Under the pieces are notes generated by a model. That model saw only the letters and a list, made by a program, of their open reading frames with translations, did not search any database and had not been told where the DNA came from. Below, in pieces: positions 48,122 to 57,659 of a stretch of 64,000 bases of DNA; the stretch's first letter is position 1, and every line of letters starts with the position of its first letter. Both the position numbers and the translations under genes were made by a program. The stretch comes from an uncultured Elusimicrobiales bacterium (GTDB lineage: Bacteria; Elusimicrobiota; Elusimicrobia; Elusimicrobiales; Elusimicrobiaceae), in NCBI GenBank assembly GCA_944324645.1, contig CALUXB010000001.1:428837-492836 (forward strand), given 5' to 3'.

Positions 48122-48680
48122 CATTCTTTTTCTTCAAAAACTCTCTAAATTGAAAATAAGCGCGTTTAATGCCGTATCTCTTTTTAAAATTAAATGCGCT
48201 TGTTGGCGCTGCACGGGCTTTACATTAATAGAATTATTAGTCGTAATTTTGATTATTGCTATTTTGTCTGCAGTTGCTTTACCTCAATATCGCAAGGCGG
48301 TGGATAAAGCCCGTTTTGCTGAAATACAATTGATTGCCCGTGATTTGTACCAAGCGAATATACGTTACCAGTTAGCAAATGGCGGCAGCGATCTTGTTCT
48401 GTATGATAAATTAGATATAGAAGCCCCGTCTGGTTTTGTATATGACGAAGGAACTTCCACCTGGAAAAAGGGAGAGATAAAGCCCGTAAAAATATTTATG
48501 CCCAATGCCCAAAACATTTACATTTATTGGTATCCTTCTGGCAAAGATATGAATTTAGAAATTAGCTTGGCTGCTCCATATCGGGGAGTTCGGTGCGCTT
48601 ATCATAATGACAGTTATGTAAAAAGTTTATGCGAATCTGCCGGGGCAACGGCGGATAACGGATATTTTCTTCTTCAATAA
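48099..48680 (+). CDS. Type IV pilin-like (PilE-like) protein, start uncertain
   Basis: G|FTLIELLVVILIIAILSAVALPQYRKAVDKAR; AT-rich; nearest in-frame ATGs (48099, 48108) give a leader of about 40 aa. Confidence 0.85.
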   Translation: MNKMYQKNILFLQKLSKLKISAFNAVSLFKIKCACWRCTGFTLIELLVVILIIAILSAVALPQYRKAVDKARFAEIQLIARDLYQANIRYQLANGGSDLVLYDKLDIEAPSGFVYDEGTSTWKKGEIKPVKIFMPNAQNIYIYWYPSGKDMNLEISLAAPYRGVRCAYHNDSYVKSLCESAGATADNGYFLLQ

Positions 48681-48795
48681 ATCCCTGTTAAACTAACTGG
48701 TCAAATAAGATGGAACTGCGTGAAGAGAAAGGCCCCGCCCCCTGGCCAGACATTACCATTGGCTTAAGAAGTAAATGGCCCCGTTTAAAGACAGA

Positions 48796-48826
48796 AAAAC
48801 CCCGCCGGAACAAGGCGGGGTTTTGT
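48796..48826. terminator. Bidirectional terminator
   Basis: AAAACCCCGCC-ggaacaa-GGCGGGGTTTT. Confidence 0.8.
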
Positions 48827-48835
48827 ACGGGAAAC

Positions 48836-50779
48836 TTAGTTTAAATAGAATGGAGTGCTCAAGGCTTGGGTCAGGTGGCTTTCCTCTATTTTATAAGCGT
48901 TTTCCATTTCATCTTCCAAGCGGGCGGGGGGAATGTCTCCCAAGCTCATTACTTTAGCGTGAAAATCAGAGAGCGAGAACTTTTTCCCTTGTTTTTTCTG
49001 ATATTTAGTCCGCAAGTCTTGCAATGCCTGGTAGCCGTAAATATAACTGACCGCTTCACCCGGTCTGCGGGCAATTTGCTTAAGAATCTCTTCGGCTTGC
49101 GCTTGGTTAAAGCCATTTTCCTGCGTTAAGAAATTATAGGCTTCGGTATAGGTCATCTCGTCCGTATGCAGTTTAAAGTCCACCAACGCTTGCGCAGCGC
49201 GCACATAGTCTGCCCACGCCAAATAGAGCAGTTCTTCGTCGGTAATAATATAGCCGCGTTCGCTGGCTAAATGTTGTGCATATACTTCCCACCCGTTGCG
49301 CAGCGTGGGGACGGCATACATTTTGCGGAACGAAGAAATTAATTTGTTATTGTATGCAGAACGGTAATACAAGCCCGGCACCAGCTGCCCCGCCATCATC
49401 AGCTTAAGAGTAGGCAAGTTAAAATCGCGGTTCAGCATTTCCTGTTTGGTGGTTTCGTTGCCGGAAGGCAGGCGCAAAAATAAGTCATTTGTGGGGTTGG
49501 TCTGCGTGCCGAAAGGCGGCAGGAACAAATAGGCTTTTGTATAGGCGTAATAGTCCGGCATTTTATAGACGCTAAAGGTTACCTCTGAAGTAGGCAACGT
49601 ATCATCTTGGGCAAAGAATTTGGCTAAATTGCCGGCTTCTCTGGCTAATGCCGGGGCAAAATCTTGATTGCGTACGTTTTGCTGCAGCCGGTTGGCGATA
49701 GCGTAAAAATCAGACGCTAACACCAAAGGAGCCTCTTTATTTTTCTTTTTTTGTTCTTTAGCTGCAGGGACGGTTTGTTCTTCTCCGGTCTGGGCATCCA
49801 GGGGGGTTACTATCACGCCTTCGGCCTCTTCTTCACCGGGTACTTGGATTTCTTCAATAACCGTTTCTGCTTCTTCCACCGCCACGGGGAGTGCAAACAT
49901 TTCTACGGCCTTGGCCAGCGCTTCTTGTGCAGAGCGGAAGTTTTTGGTCAGCCGTTTTTCCAAGCTGCGGGGTCTTTCGTCAATAAAATAATAGTTTTTC
50001 AGCACAAACGCATATTCTTTTTCGCCCAAGCGGAAATCTTGGTCGCTGTTTTCTTGGGCCAGTTTTTTAAATAGTTCAAACATCTTTTTTACGGCTTCTT
50101 TGGAGGCGCGTGCGTCCGTGCGCAGTTGGGCGCGGCTGACGTCGTCCTGGGCGCGTTTGGAGAGGTATTGGGGAATATTGTCAAAAGCCAAATAGGCGTA
50201 ATAAGCGTCTTCCATAGCCAGCTGTGCTATAAACGCGGGGGGAGTGGTCAAGTTTTTTTCGGCTTCTTCGGCCACTTGCGTCAGCCCGCGCAGGCGGGAG
50301 GCTAGGTCCCGGTCTTGCAAGTCCTGGAAATTCAATGTTTTCATAGACAAATCATACACGGAGGTAAAAGCCTGCGTATATAAAAGCGGGTCCCGGGCCG
50401 TGCGGTTGCGGTTCAGATTCCATTTCTCCATAGCTAAGCGGCCTTGCAAAATATCATAGTCCGTTTTTTTGGGCTCGGAGAGGTTTTTGCGGTTCACTTC
50501 TTGCAAGCTTTCTTCTACAATATTGTAGGCGCGCAAGGCCTGGGCGTCGCGCTCGCTGTTGCGGTTGTCTAGTTTGTTGTTGGCGGATTCAAAACCAAGC
50601 CGGGTGGCTTGCTCCGGAAAGAAAGACAACTGTACCGCCGAGTAACGGTTGACGGTATCAGTTAAAGCGTTATCTTCCATAATGGAATCTATGTTCTCAA
50701 AACCCGTCAAATCCAAAGCTTGGGCTGCGGGAGATAAGAGCAGAGAAAAACTTAATAAAGAACAAAGCAATTTTTTCAT
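48836..50779 (-). CDS. DUF885-family secreted protein
   Basis: Signal peptide; GQLVPG..Y, LRNGWEVYAQHL, RPGEAVSYIYG, FSLSDFHAKVMSLG resemble the DUF885 C-terminus. Confidence 0.8.
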   Translation of the reverse strand: MKKLLCSLLSFSLLLSPAAQALDLTGFENIDSIMEDNALTDTVNRYSAVQLSFFPEQATRLGFESANNKLDNRNSERDAQALRAYNIVEESLQEVNRKNLSEPKKTDYDILQGRLAMEKWNLNRNRTARDPLLYTQAFTSVYDLSMKTLNFQDLQDRDLASRLRGLTQVAEEAEKNLTTPPAFIAQLAMEDAYYAYLAFDNIPQYLSKRAQDDVSRAQLRTDARASKEAVKKMFELFKKLAQENSDQDFRLGEKEYAFVLKNYYFIDERPRSLEKRLTKNFRSAQEALAKAVEMFALPVAVEEAETVIEEIQVPGEEEAEGVIVTPLDAQTGEEQTVPAAKEQKKKNKEAPLVLASDFYAIANRLQQNVRNQDFAPALAREAGNLAKFFAQDDTLPTSEVTFSVYKMPDYYAYTKAYLFLPPFGTQTNPTNDLFLRLPSGNETTKQEMLNRDFNLPTLKLMMAGQLVPGLYYRSAYNNKLISSFRKMYAVPTLRNGWEVYAQHLASERGYIITDEELLYLAWADYVRAAQALVDFKLHTDEMTYTEAYNFLTQENGFNQAQAEEILKQIARRPGEAVSYIYGYQALQDLRTKYQKKQGKKFSLSDFHAKVMSLGDIPPARLEDEMENAYKIEESHLTQALSTPFYLN

Positions 50780-51079
50780 GCGATACCTCGCTGTAAGATA
50801 GTTGACAGAAATTATTATAGCTAATTTTATACTGGATGCAATGCAATATATACCTGTCAAACAGCTATTTGCCCTGTGTGCAGTACAAAAAAGATTTTGA
50901 AGAGCAGTTTTGAATGATTCACCTGTTGGGCTGTTTTCTGCCTGTAAAAAGATGGTATGCTGCCGTGTTTTGTGTGCATCTGCAAAATATGCTAAAATAT
51001 ATACAAAAGGCAGTACCCCGGGTCTTCACAGCCCAAACCTGCCGCTCTTTTTTTGCTATAATCTTTTTATCCGATTTGC

Positions 51080-51152
51080 GGGCCATTAGCTCAGCTGGTA
51101 GAGCAGACGCCTCTTAAGCGTAAGGTCGTGAGTTCGAGCCTCACATGGCCCA
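51080..51152 (+). tRNA. tRNA-Lys(CTT), CCA not encoded
   Basis: Acceptor GGGCCAT/ATGGCCC; anticodon loop CTCTTAA; T-loop GTTCGAG. Confidence 0.95.
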
Positions 51153-51171
51153 CTTTTTTAACAATAGAATA

Positions 51172-51253
51172 GGACGGATGGCGGAATCGGCAGACGCGCA
51201 CGCCTTAGGAGCGTGTGGGGAAACCCTTGAGGGTTCAAGTCCCTCTCCGTCCA
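51172..51253 (+). tRNA. tRNA-Leu(TAG), CCA not encoded
   Basis: Acceptor GGACGGA/TCCGTCC; anticodon loop CTTAGGA; long variable arm; T-loop GTTCAAG. Confidence 0.95.
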
Positions 51254-51274
51254 GTTTTTTTAAGGAGCAGAAAA

Positions 51275-52564
51275 ATGTCCATTTTCAAAACCGCCACGGC
51301 GGATGAAGTGAAAACCAAACAACTAAATAAAGAAGGATGCCGCGTCAACCTAAGTGTAGAAGCTTCCGCTGGTCTGATTACCAAAGCCTTCCAAAACGCC
51401 GCCGTACAAGTGCAGTCCCGCGCGCAAATGCAAGGTTTCCGCGCCGGGAAGGTGCCTCTTGATTTAGTCAAACAAAATTTTGCCGGCCATATTAAAGAAC
51501 GTGCATTGGATTTGGCAATTAAAAGTGCCATCTCCGCCGCGTTGGAACAGGCCAAATTAAACCCGGTTGCCGTGCCGTCTTTGACCAAAGCCGATTTTGC
51601 CACCTTTGACGATGGAAAAGCTTTTAGCTTTGAGCTGGCGGTAGATGTAGCCCCGGAGTTTGAAGTAAAAGACTACAAAGGCATTCCGGTAACTAAAAAA
51701 GCTGAAGAAGCCACTGAAGAAGAAGTGAAAGCCCAGATGGAGCGCATTTTGCAGGCCAATGCCCGCTTAGAGAGCGCGCCCGAAGGCACCGTTATTGACG
51801 ATAAAGTATATGCCGTGGTGCAATATAAAGGCAAACGCAACGGGACGGAGGATTATAAACTCAGTGCCGACAGCGAACTGATTGATATGGCTGCCCCGCA
51901 AACTATGCCGGAGCTGGCTAAAGCCGTGTTGGGGATGAAAAAAGGCGAAAGCAAAGATTTTGAAACCAAAGAAGGGGAAGACACCCTTTCTTTCCACGTA
52001 ACAGTAGATGATATTAAGAATAAAATCGTGCCGCAGCTGGACGATTCTTTTGCCAAAGATATGGGGTTTGACACGTTGGACGCACTTAAAAAACGCGTAC
52101 AGGAAGGGTTAAATGCAGAAGCAAAAGAAAATTCCGCGCGGGATTTTGTCAACCAAATAGAAGAACATTTGGTGAAGATGAACAATTTCGCCCTGCCCGA
52201 AACCCTGGTGCAGGAATATACGGACAATTCTTTAAATAACTTTGTGCGCAACGTAACGCAGCTTAAGCCTGAACAGCTGACTGCTGAACAGCGCAAAAGT
52301 TTTGAGGAACGCATCCGTCCTACGGTAGAGAAAGATCTCCGCATTGGCTATATCATCCACGCCATTGCCAAAAAAGAAAACTTGGAAGCTACACAAGCCG
52401 ACTGGCAGGCCGAGCTGGACAAGAGCCTGACGGCTAATGCCAAAACCAAAGAAGACGAAAAGAAAATCCGCGCTTTCTTTGAAGAACGCAAGGATCATAT
52501 CCTGGCTACTTTAAATGAACGCAAAGTGTTTGATTTTCTGAAAAAAGAAGCGGTTGTAAAATAA
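51275..52564 (+). CDS. tig: Trigger factor
   Basis: QGFRAGKVP ribosome-binding signature; ATG 51275 after AAGGAG. Confidence 0.93.
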   Translation: MSIFKTATADEVKTKQLNKEGCRVNLSVEASAGLITKAFQNAAVQVQSRAQMQGFRAGKVPLDLVKQNFAGHIKERALDLAIKSAISAALEQAKLNPVAVPSLTKADFATFDDGKAFSFELAVDVAPEFEVKDYKGIPVTKKAEEATEEEVKAQMERILQANARLESAPEGTVIDDKVYAVVQYKGKRNGTEDYKLSADSELIDMAAPQTMPELAKAVLGMKKGESKDFETKEGEDTLSFHVTVDDIKNKIVPQLDDSFAKDMGFDTLDALKKRVQEGLNAEAKENSARDFVNQIEEHLVKMNNFALPETLVQEYTDNSLNNFVRNVTQLKPEQLTAEQRKSFEERIRPTVEKDLRIGYIIHAIAKKENLEATQADWQAELDKSLTANAKTKEDEKKIRAFFEERKDHILATLNERKVFDFLKKEAVVK

Positions 52565-52949
52565 CAATTAAAATGCTATCCTGTCTGTCCCGCCTTTTGA
52601 GCGGAACGGGGTTTGCGCCCTCTAAACGAGCTAAAAAGCGTTTGGGGTGCAGGCAGCAAAGCAATTTGCCATAAGGCAATTAAACTTCTTGTTTTAGATA
52701 CCTAAGATAATTAGTTTAACCTCAGGGGCGGGCTTTTTACGGGGCCCGCCTCTTTAATTGGTTGTTTGGGCTGGTTGTGTTTCTGCGATAGGCAAGACGT
52801 CTGCTTGCCCGGGCTGCCTGATAGCTACAAAAAGCCCTCAAAAAATGCCTTTTTATTCTTTATAATAAAAAATACTTTGCGGCAACGGCGAAAAAAACTA
52901 CAATATAAAAAATTCTAACGCGTTCGGATAGAACGGGGACGAGGGGTTT

Positions 52950-55559
52950 ATGTTTCCTGTAAGCAAATCATCTTCTGAAGGCATATATATAAAGATAATG
53001 CGGGCTTTGTTGGCGGCCAGTTTTCTGATGGTGCCCTTGTTGTTTTTTACCGGTTTGACTTCCAATCCTTTTACCGTGCAAAATGTGCTGCTTTATCTGC
53101 TGTTGGCGGCGATGTATGCAGTTTCGGCGGTGCGTTTTTTACGGGCAGGACATATTAATTTTACCCGCACTTTTTTTGACTTGGCTTTCCTGATTTATAT
53201 CTTTGCCAGTGCGGTCAGCTGGCTTTCCTCCGTATCTGCTGCACCCCAATATATGCGCCAAACTTTGTTTTTCAATTTATTGGATTTTGGCACGTTGCTT
53301 TTAGTGGTGGCTTTAGGGGCTTATGTAATTAGCAAAAACGTGGTGTTTAGTGGAGTGATTGAAAGCAAAACAAACTATATTTTGCTTTTTATCGGCTGGG
53401 GCGCTTTGTGGTTTTTGCTGCCTCCGTTGAAAACGCAACTGTCCGCAGACAGCTTTTTTGCTTGCGTTTTTGACGTATATGGGTTGATTTTATGGGTGGT
53501 AGGAATATGGCTGGCAATGCGTGTGTTGCGCAAGCTGACGCAGGAAAACGTGCTGGTGCTGAGTTTTGTGGCGTGTGCGCTGGCGTGTATGTATGGGGTG
53601 TTCCAAAGTTTTGGCTTGGATATTTTGTGGCCGTTTGATATGAATCAATTTGCCAGCCGGGCTTTTTCTACGTTTGGCAATCCCAACTTTTTGTCTTCTT
53701 TCGTCATTATGCTTCTGCCTGCGCTGTTGGTGTATTATATGCGTGCGTCCAGCCGCAAAGATATTTGCGTTTATGGCTTTTTAGTATTGGTGTATTTGTT
53801 TTACTTGTCTGCGGGGTTGTGCCGCTCTTGCTGGATAGCCGGCGGGGTGGGGCTGGTAATGATGTGGATGTTTGGCACATTGCGCACGCTGATTTTGCAG
53901 CGCAAAGCCCGGGTGTTTTGGCTGGTTGTGTTGGGGATAGCGGTGTCTTATTTGCCGGTGTTTGTGCAAAGTACGCGTCCCTCTTTAGTGAAACGCGTGG
54001 CGGAAGTGGCCCAGGTAACGCCGTCTTCTTTTACGCTGCAAGTGCCGCGTGAAGAAATTTTCCCGTCGCTTCACCAGCGTTTATATATGTGGGACGTATC
54101 AAAACGAATTTTTTTAAACCGTCCGGTAATGGGGGCCGGTTTGGGCAATTTCCAAACGGCATTTGCTCATACCCAGCCGCAGACCTTGTTAAAATATCCT
54201 AATCTGCGCCAATTAAAGACGGTAACAAATTCCCCGCATAACGAGTTCTTTTTTCAACTTGCGCAAGGGGGCATTGTCGGGCTGGGTCTTTTCCTGTTTA
54301 TGTTTATGGTGCTTTTTTTGGAAGTGCACGACTTTGCCGCCCGCAAGAAAGAAGGCGACAAAAAACAGCTTTTACAGGCCTTGTTTTGCGGTATATTGGC
54401 GATGTTGGCAGACAATATGCTCAATATCTCCTTGCATACGTTAGTGCCTGCTTTTGTATTTTGGTGGCTGGTGGGGGCAGAAGTGAGCGGGGTGGGCCGC
54501 GAAGAACGCCGGGTGGAGATTACGGCTAACCCTGTTACCAAGACGGTGGCGTTGGCGTTATTGGGAGTGTGTGCGTTAGTGGTGTTGTGGCAGGCGGCGT
54601 CTCTGGCCAGCCAATATCTTGCGTTCCGCGCGCAAAAGCAGTTGGCGCGCCAAAATAAAACCCAAGCTCAAACCGATTGGGCTGCGGCCCAATATTGGTA
54701 TCCGGCCAATGCCGAGGCGGGCTATATGTTGGGCGATTTTCTGCTTTCCCAGCAAAAATATACGGACGCTTTGGCCGCGTATGAAAAAGCAATTTCCGCT
54801 GCCGCTTACTATGATCAAATTTATTACCACGCCGCGTTGGCCGCCTTGGGAAACAAAGATGTTTCCAAAGCGGTGCGTTATTTGCGCCAGACGCTGCGTT
54901 TAGATCCGTTCAATTTGGCTGCGTATGAAACTTTGGCCTCGTTGGTAAAAGAAGATGTTATCTATGCCGATGCAGATACTATGGAGTTGCTCTCTCGCGG
55001 GCTGCAGCTGTTTCCTTATGATGCCGCGCTTTGGCATATGGTAGGAGATATTTACCTCAAACGCGGGGAAAAAGAATATGCAAAAACCGTCTATAAAAAT
55101 GCCTTGACTATTGATACGCTGGATAAATCGCTGCGCCGCAGTTTGGCTAAACTGTATGAAAAAGGGGAGGAAATCCCCGCCGTGTTGCAGCAGGCGCAAC
55201 AATTGCAACAATATTATGACAAGGTGCAAAATTTGCAGGGTACTTCCGGCGCCGGCTTGAAGAAATTGCGTGCCCAGTTGGAAGAATATGTGGCGGCCTA
55301 TTCGGAAGATACCAACGGACCTATTTTGCTGGCGCGTTATTTTACGCTGACGGGCAATGATATAAAATCCAAAGAATTGTTGGAAGAGGTGCTGGCAAAA
55401 CACCCGGACGATTTATCCGCCAATTTGGCTTTAGCCTCGCTGTTGCAAAAGGCGGAAGATATACCAGAAGCCAAACGCTATTTGCAAAATGTTTTATTTT
55501 ATTATCCGGGAAATATAACGGCGCAGCGTCGGTTGGAGCGGCTGGAATCAAAGAAATAA
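52950..55559 (+). CDS. O-antigen ligase/O-oligosaccharyltransferase-like membrane protein with C-terminal TPRs
   Basis: Multiple TM helices; STFGNPNFL, R.YMW, PHNEFFFQLAQGGIVG (Wzy_C-like); TPR tail. Confidence 0.85.
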   Translation: MFPVSKSSSEGIYIKIMRALLAASFLMVPLLFFTGLTSNPFTVQNVLLYLLLAAMYAVSAVRFLRAGHINFTRTFFDLAFLIYIFASAVSWLSSVSAAPQYMRQTLFFNLLDFGTLLLVVALGAYVISKNVVFSGVIESKTNYILLFIGWGALWFLLPPLKTQLSADSFFACVFDVYGLILWVVGIWLAMRVLRKLTQENVLVLSFVACALACMYGVFQSFGLDILWPFDMNQFASRAFSTFGNPNFLSSFVIMLLPALLVYYMRASSRKDICVYGFLVLVYLFYLSAGLCRSCWIAGGVGLVMMWMFGTLRTLILQRKARVFWLVVLGIAVSYLPVFVQSTRPSLVKRVAEVAQVTPSSFTLQVPREEIFPSLHQRLYMWDVSKRIFLNRPVMGAGLGNFQTAFAHTQPQTLLKYPNLRQLKTVTNSPHNEFFFQLAQGGIVGLGLFLFMFMVLFLEVHDFAARKKEGDKKQLLQALFCGILAMLADNMLNISLHTLVPAFVFWWLVGAEVSGVGREERRVEITANPVTKTVALALLGVCALVVLWQAASLASQYLAFRAQKQLARQNKTQAQTDWAAAQYWYPANAEAGYMLGDFLLSQQKYTDALAAYEKAISAAAYYDQIYYHAALAALGNKDVSKAVRYLRQTLRLDPFNLAAYETLASLVKEDVIYADADTMELLSRGLQLFPYDAALWHMVGDIYLKRGEKEYAKTVYKNALTIDTLDKSLRRSLAKLYEKGEEIPAVLQQAQQLQQYYDKVQNLQGTSGAGLKKLRAQLEEYVAAYSEDTNGPILLARYFTLTGNDIKSKELLEEVLAKHPDDLSANLALASLLQKAEDIPEAKRYLQNVLFYYPGNITAQRRLERLESKK

Positions 55560-55810
55560 AAAGAGCAAATTTGTTGAAAAAAGAAATCAATCAAACAGAA
55601 CAGCAGGTTTTTCAGACGGAAACAAGTTTTGGAAGTTTGTTGCTAAAAATAAAAATTTTACTTGCCAGACGGCGTAAATTTATGCTTGAATAAGCTCTGC
55701 GGGAGCGTACGTCCGTTTCTTTCGTGCGCGAGAGTCTTTACAAAAAGATGTAAATTGCTATAATTATCTGTGGGTTGTGCCATTTACTTAAAAGGGGCAA
55801 TAACAAGTCT

Positions 55811-57640
55811 ATGAGAATATTGAACAAGATGCAAGTCAGATTTTTGGCGGCGTTGCTGGCCTTGTCTTTGTTGGCAAGCGGCAGCGCTTTGTTTGCCGCG
55901 TCTTCTTCTGCTAAACAGTTGGAGAAAGGTATTGAGCTGTATCAGGCTAATAAAGACGAAGAAGCGATGGACTATTTGATTGATGTTTTGGTCAATGGTT
56001 CCCGCCCGGAAGTGGAAGAGGCAAATAAATATATTAATTTGATTCATAACCGGATGGGTGGAATCCAAGACCCGGTAGAAGTGGATGTGAATTTTAAAGA
56101 GGGCGAGGCTAGACGTTTGCAGCCGGGACAAGACCCTGCCGTGCTGGAAGCGCAGATGCAGGCAGAAAATGCCCCCGTGGAAGATTTCTTGGATTCAGAA
56201 GGGCTTACTTATACCGCGCAACAAGATGCCGTGGCTATGAAAGGCCAAGAAGAAGCGGAAATGTTGGCTGCCCAGCAAGAAGCCGCCCGCCAGCAGGAGC
56301 TGTTGCAACAACAGGCGCAGGAACGTGCGTTAGAAGCCCAAATGCGTTCTAAAGACCGCCAAGTGCAAGAACCCGCTGTTGTCGTAGATACACCGGTGCA
56401 GCAGGAACAAACGGCCAGCTCCACATTTACAGACTTGTCTTCTCCGTCGGCATTAAAAGCCCGCCAGATTTATACCAGCCAAAAATTGGATAGTATGAAA
56501 AAAGCGGCTATCGCTAAACTGGAAAAAGAACAAGGTGTGCGTTTATATTTCCGCGATGGCTTGCCGGATGCAATTGATATTGACAGCGATGTCTTGTTCA
56601 ACGGCTATAAATTCCGTCCGGAAGCGATGCCGGTGTTGGATGAAATCTATACCTTGATGGCGCTGACCCAAGGGGCCGGATATGTGATTCTGCCTCCGGG
56701 TTCTTATACGGACAATATTACGCTGGCCGGTATCCGGCAGGCGATGGCGCTGAACTCTTTCTTGGTGCATAAAGGTTTGTCTTCGGGTAAATTGAGCTAT
56801 AATATGGGGCTTTTTGACCAGGAACCTCCCGCCAAGTATGCCAATTTGGACGGGGTGTCTATTGTGTTTGACTTTGATGCTGAATTACCCGCTTCTATGC
56901 CGCAGGCGGCTTCTGTGAGCAAATTGCCGATGTTAAGTATGGCGGTGGTGCCTGTGAGCAATGAAATAGATCCTTCTGCCGGGGAAGCGTTTGCCATTGA
57001 TTTCTCTGTTATTGAAACCTCAGAAACGGTGGATAATTGGTTGTTCCAAGTGGTGCAACACGCAGCTAACGGCGGATATTATGTGGTGCGCCAGTTGGAA
57101 GGGTTTGCGCCGGTTTATCACCAGTTGGTATGGAATGGACGCAAAGGCATTATCGGGCCTGAATTGGCCTGCGGCACTTATACGTTGGCTTTAACTGCTA
57201 CCGACGTGATGGGTGGCAAACGCACGATTCGCCGCCAAATAGAGGTAGCCTGCGCCAACGCCCAGCCGGAAAAGAAGGTAGAGTCTTCTGGGCAGGATAC
57301 AAACCTCAATTATAAAACGGCCCGCTTGTGGAATAAGCCGGCCCGCATTATGAAATCGGCCCCGGCTGCTTCTGCTGAAGCAGAAATAGTGGATCCTTTT
57401 GCAACTGAAAATACCGCCACCCAAGCGGCGGACGCGTATGCGGCGCAAAATTCCGGAGTGACTGATCCTTATGCCGCGTATGGAACGGGCGTAACCAATC
57501 CGTATGCTGCACCGGCGGCTTCTGCGCAAGGGGTAAGCAACCCTTATGCAACGGCCCCGGCTGCTGCCGGCCAACAGACGGCCCCTGCACAAGGTGTTTC
57601 CAACCCGTATGATATGCCTTATGAGGAATATGGCAACTGA
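55811..57640 (+). CDS. Secreted multidomain hypothetical protein (helical, OmpA-like and FlgD-Ig-like segments, [ND]PY tail)
   Basis: Signal peptide; IDIDSDVLF...AMPVLDEI; LVWNGRK..GTYTLALTATD; repeated DPY/NPY. Confidence 0.7.
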   Translation: MRILNKMQVRFLAALLALSLLASGSALFAASSSAKQLEKGIELYQANKDEEAMDYLIDVLVNGSRPEVEEANKYINLIHNRMGGIQDPVEVDVNFKEGEARRLQPGQDPAVLEAQMQAENAPVEDFLDSEGLTYTAQQDAVAMKGQEEAEMLAAQQEAARQQELLQQQAQERALEAQMRSKDRQVQEPAVVVDTPVQQEQTASSTFTDLSSPSALKARQIYTSQKLDSMKKAAIAKLEKEQGVRLYFRDGLPDAIDIDSDVLFNGYKFRPEAMPVLDEIYTLMALTQGAGYVILPPGSYTDNITLAGIRQAMALNSFLVHKGLSSGKLSYNMGLFDQEPPAKYANLDGVSIVFDFDAELPASMPQAASVSKLPMLSMAVVPVSNEIDPSAGEAFAIDFSVIETSETVDNWLFQVVQHAANGGYYVVRQLEGFAPVYHQLVWNGRKGIIGPELACGTYTLALTATDVMGGKRTIRRQIEVACANAQPEKKVESSGQDTNLNYKTARLWNKPARIMKSAPAASAEAEIVDPFATENTATQAADAYAAQNSGVTDPYAAYGTGVTNPYAAPAASAQGVSNPYATAPAAAGQQTAPAQGVSNPYDMPYEEYGN

Positions 57641-57659
57641 TTTTTAAGGACTGCACGCG

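Noticed and set aside
48710-48844. 44-aa ORF after pilin B
   Set aside because: It runs through the terminator hairpin into the DUF885 stop and has no clear RBS.
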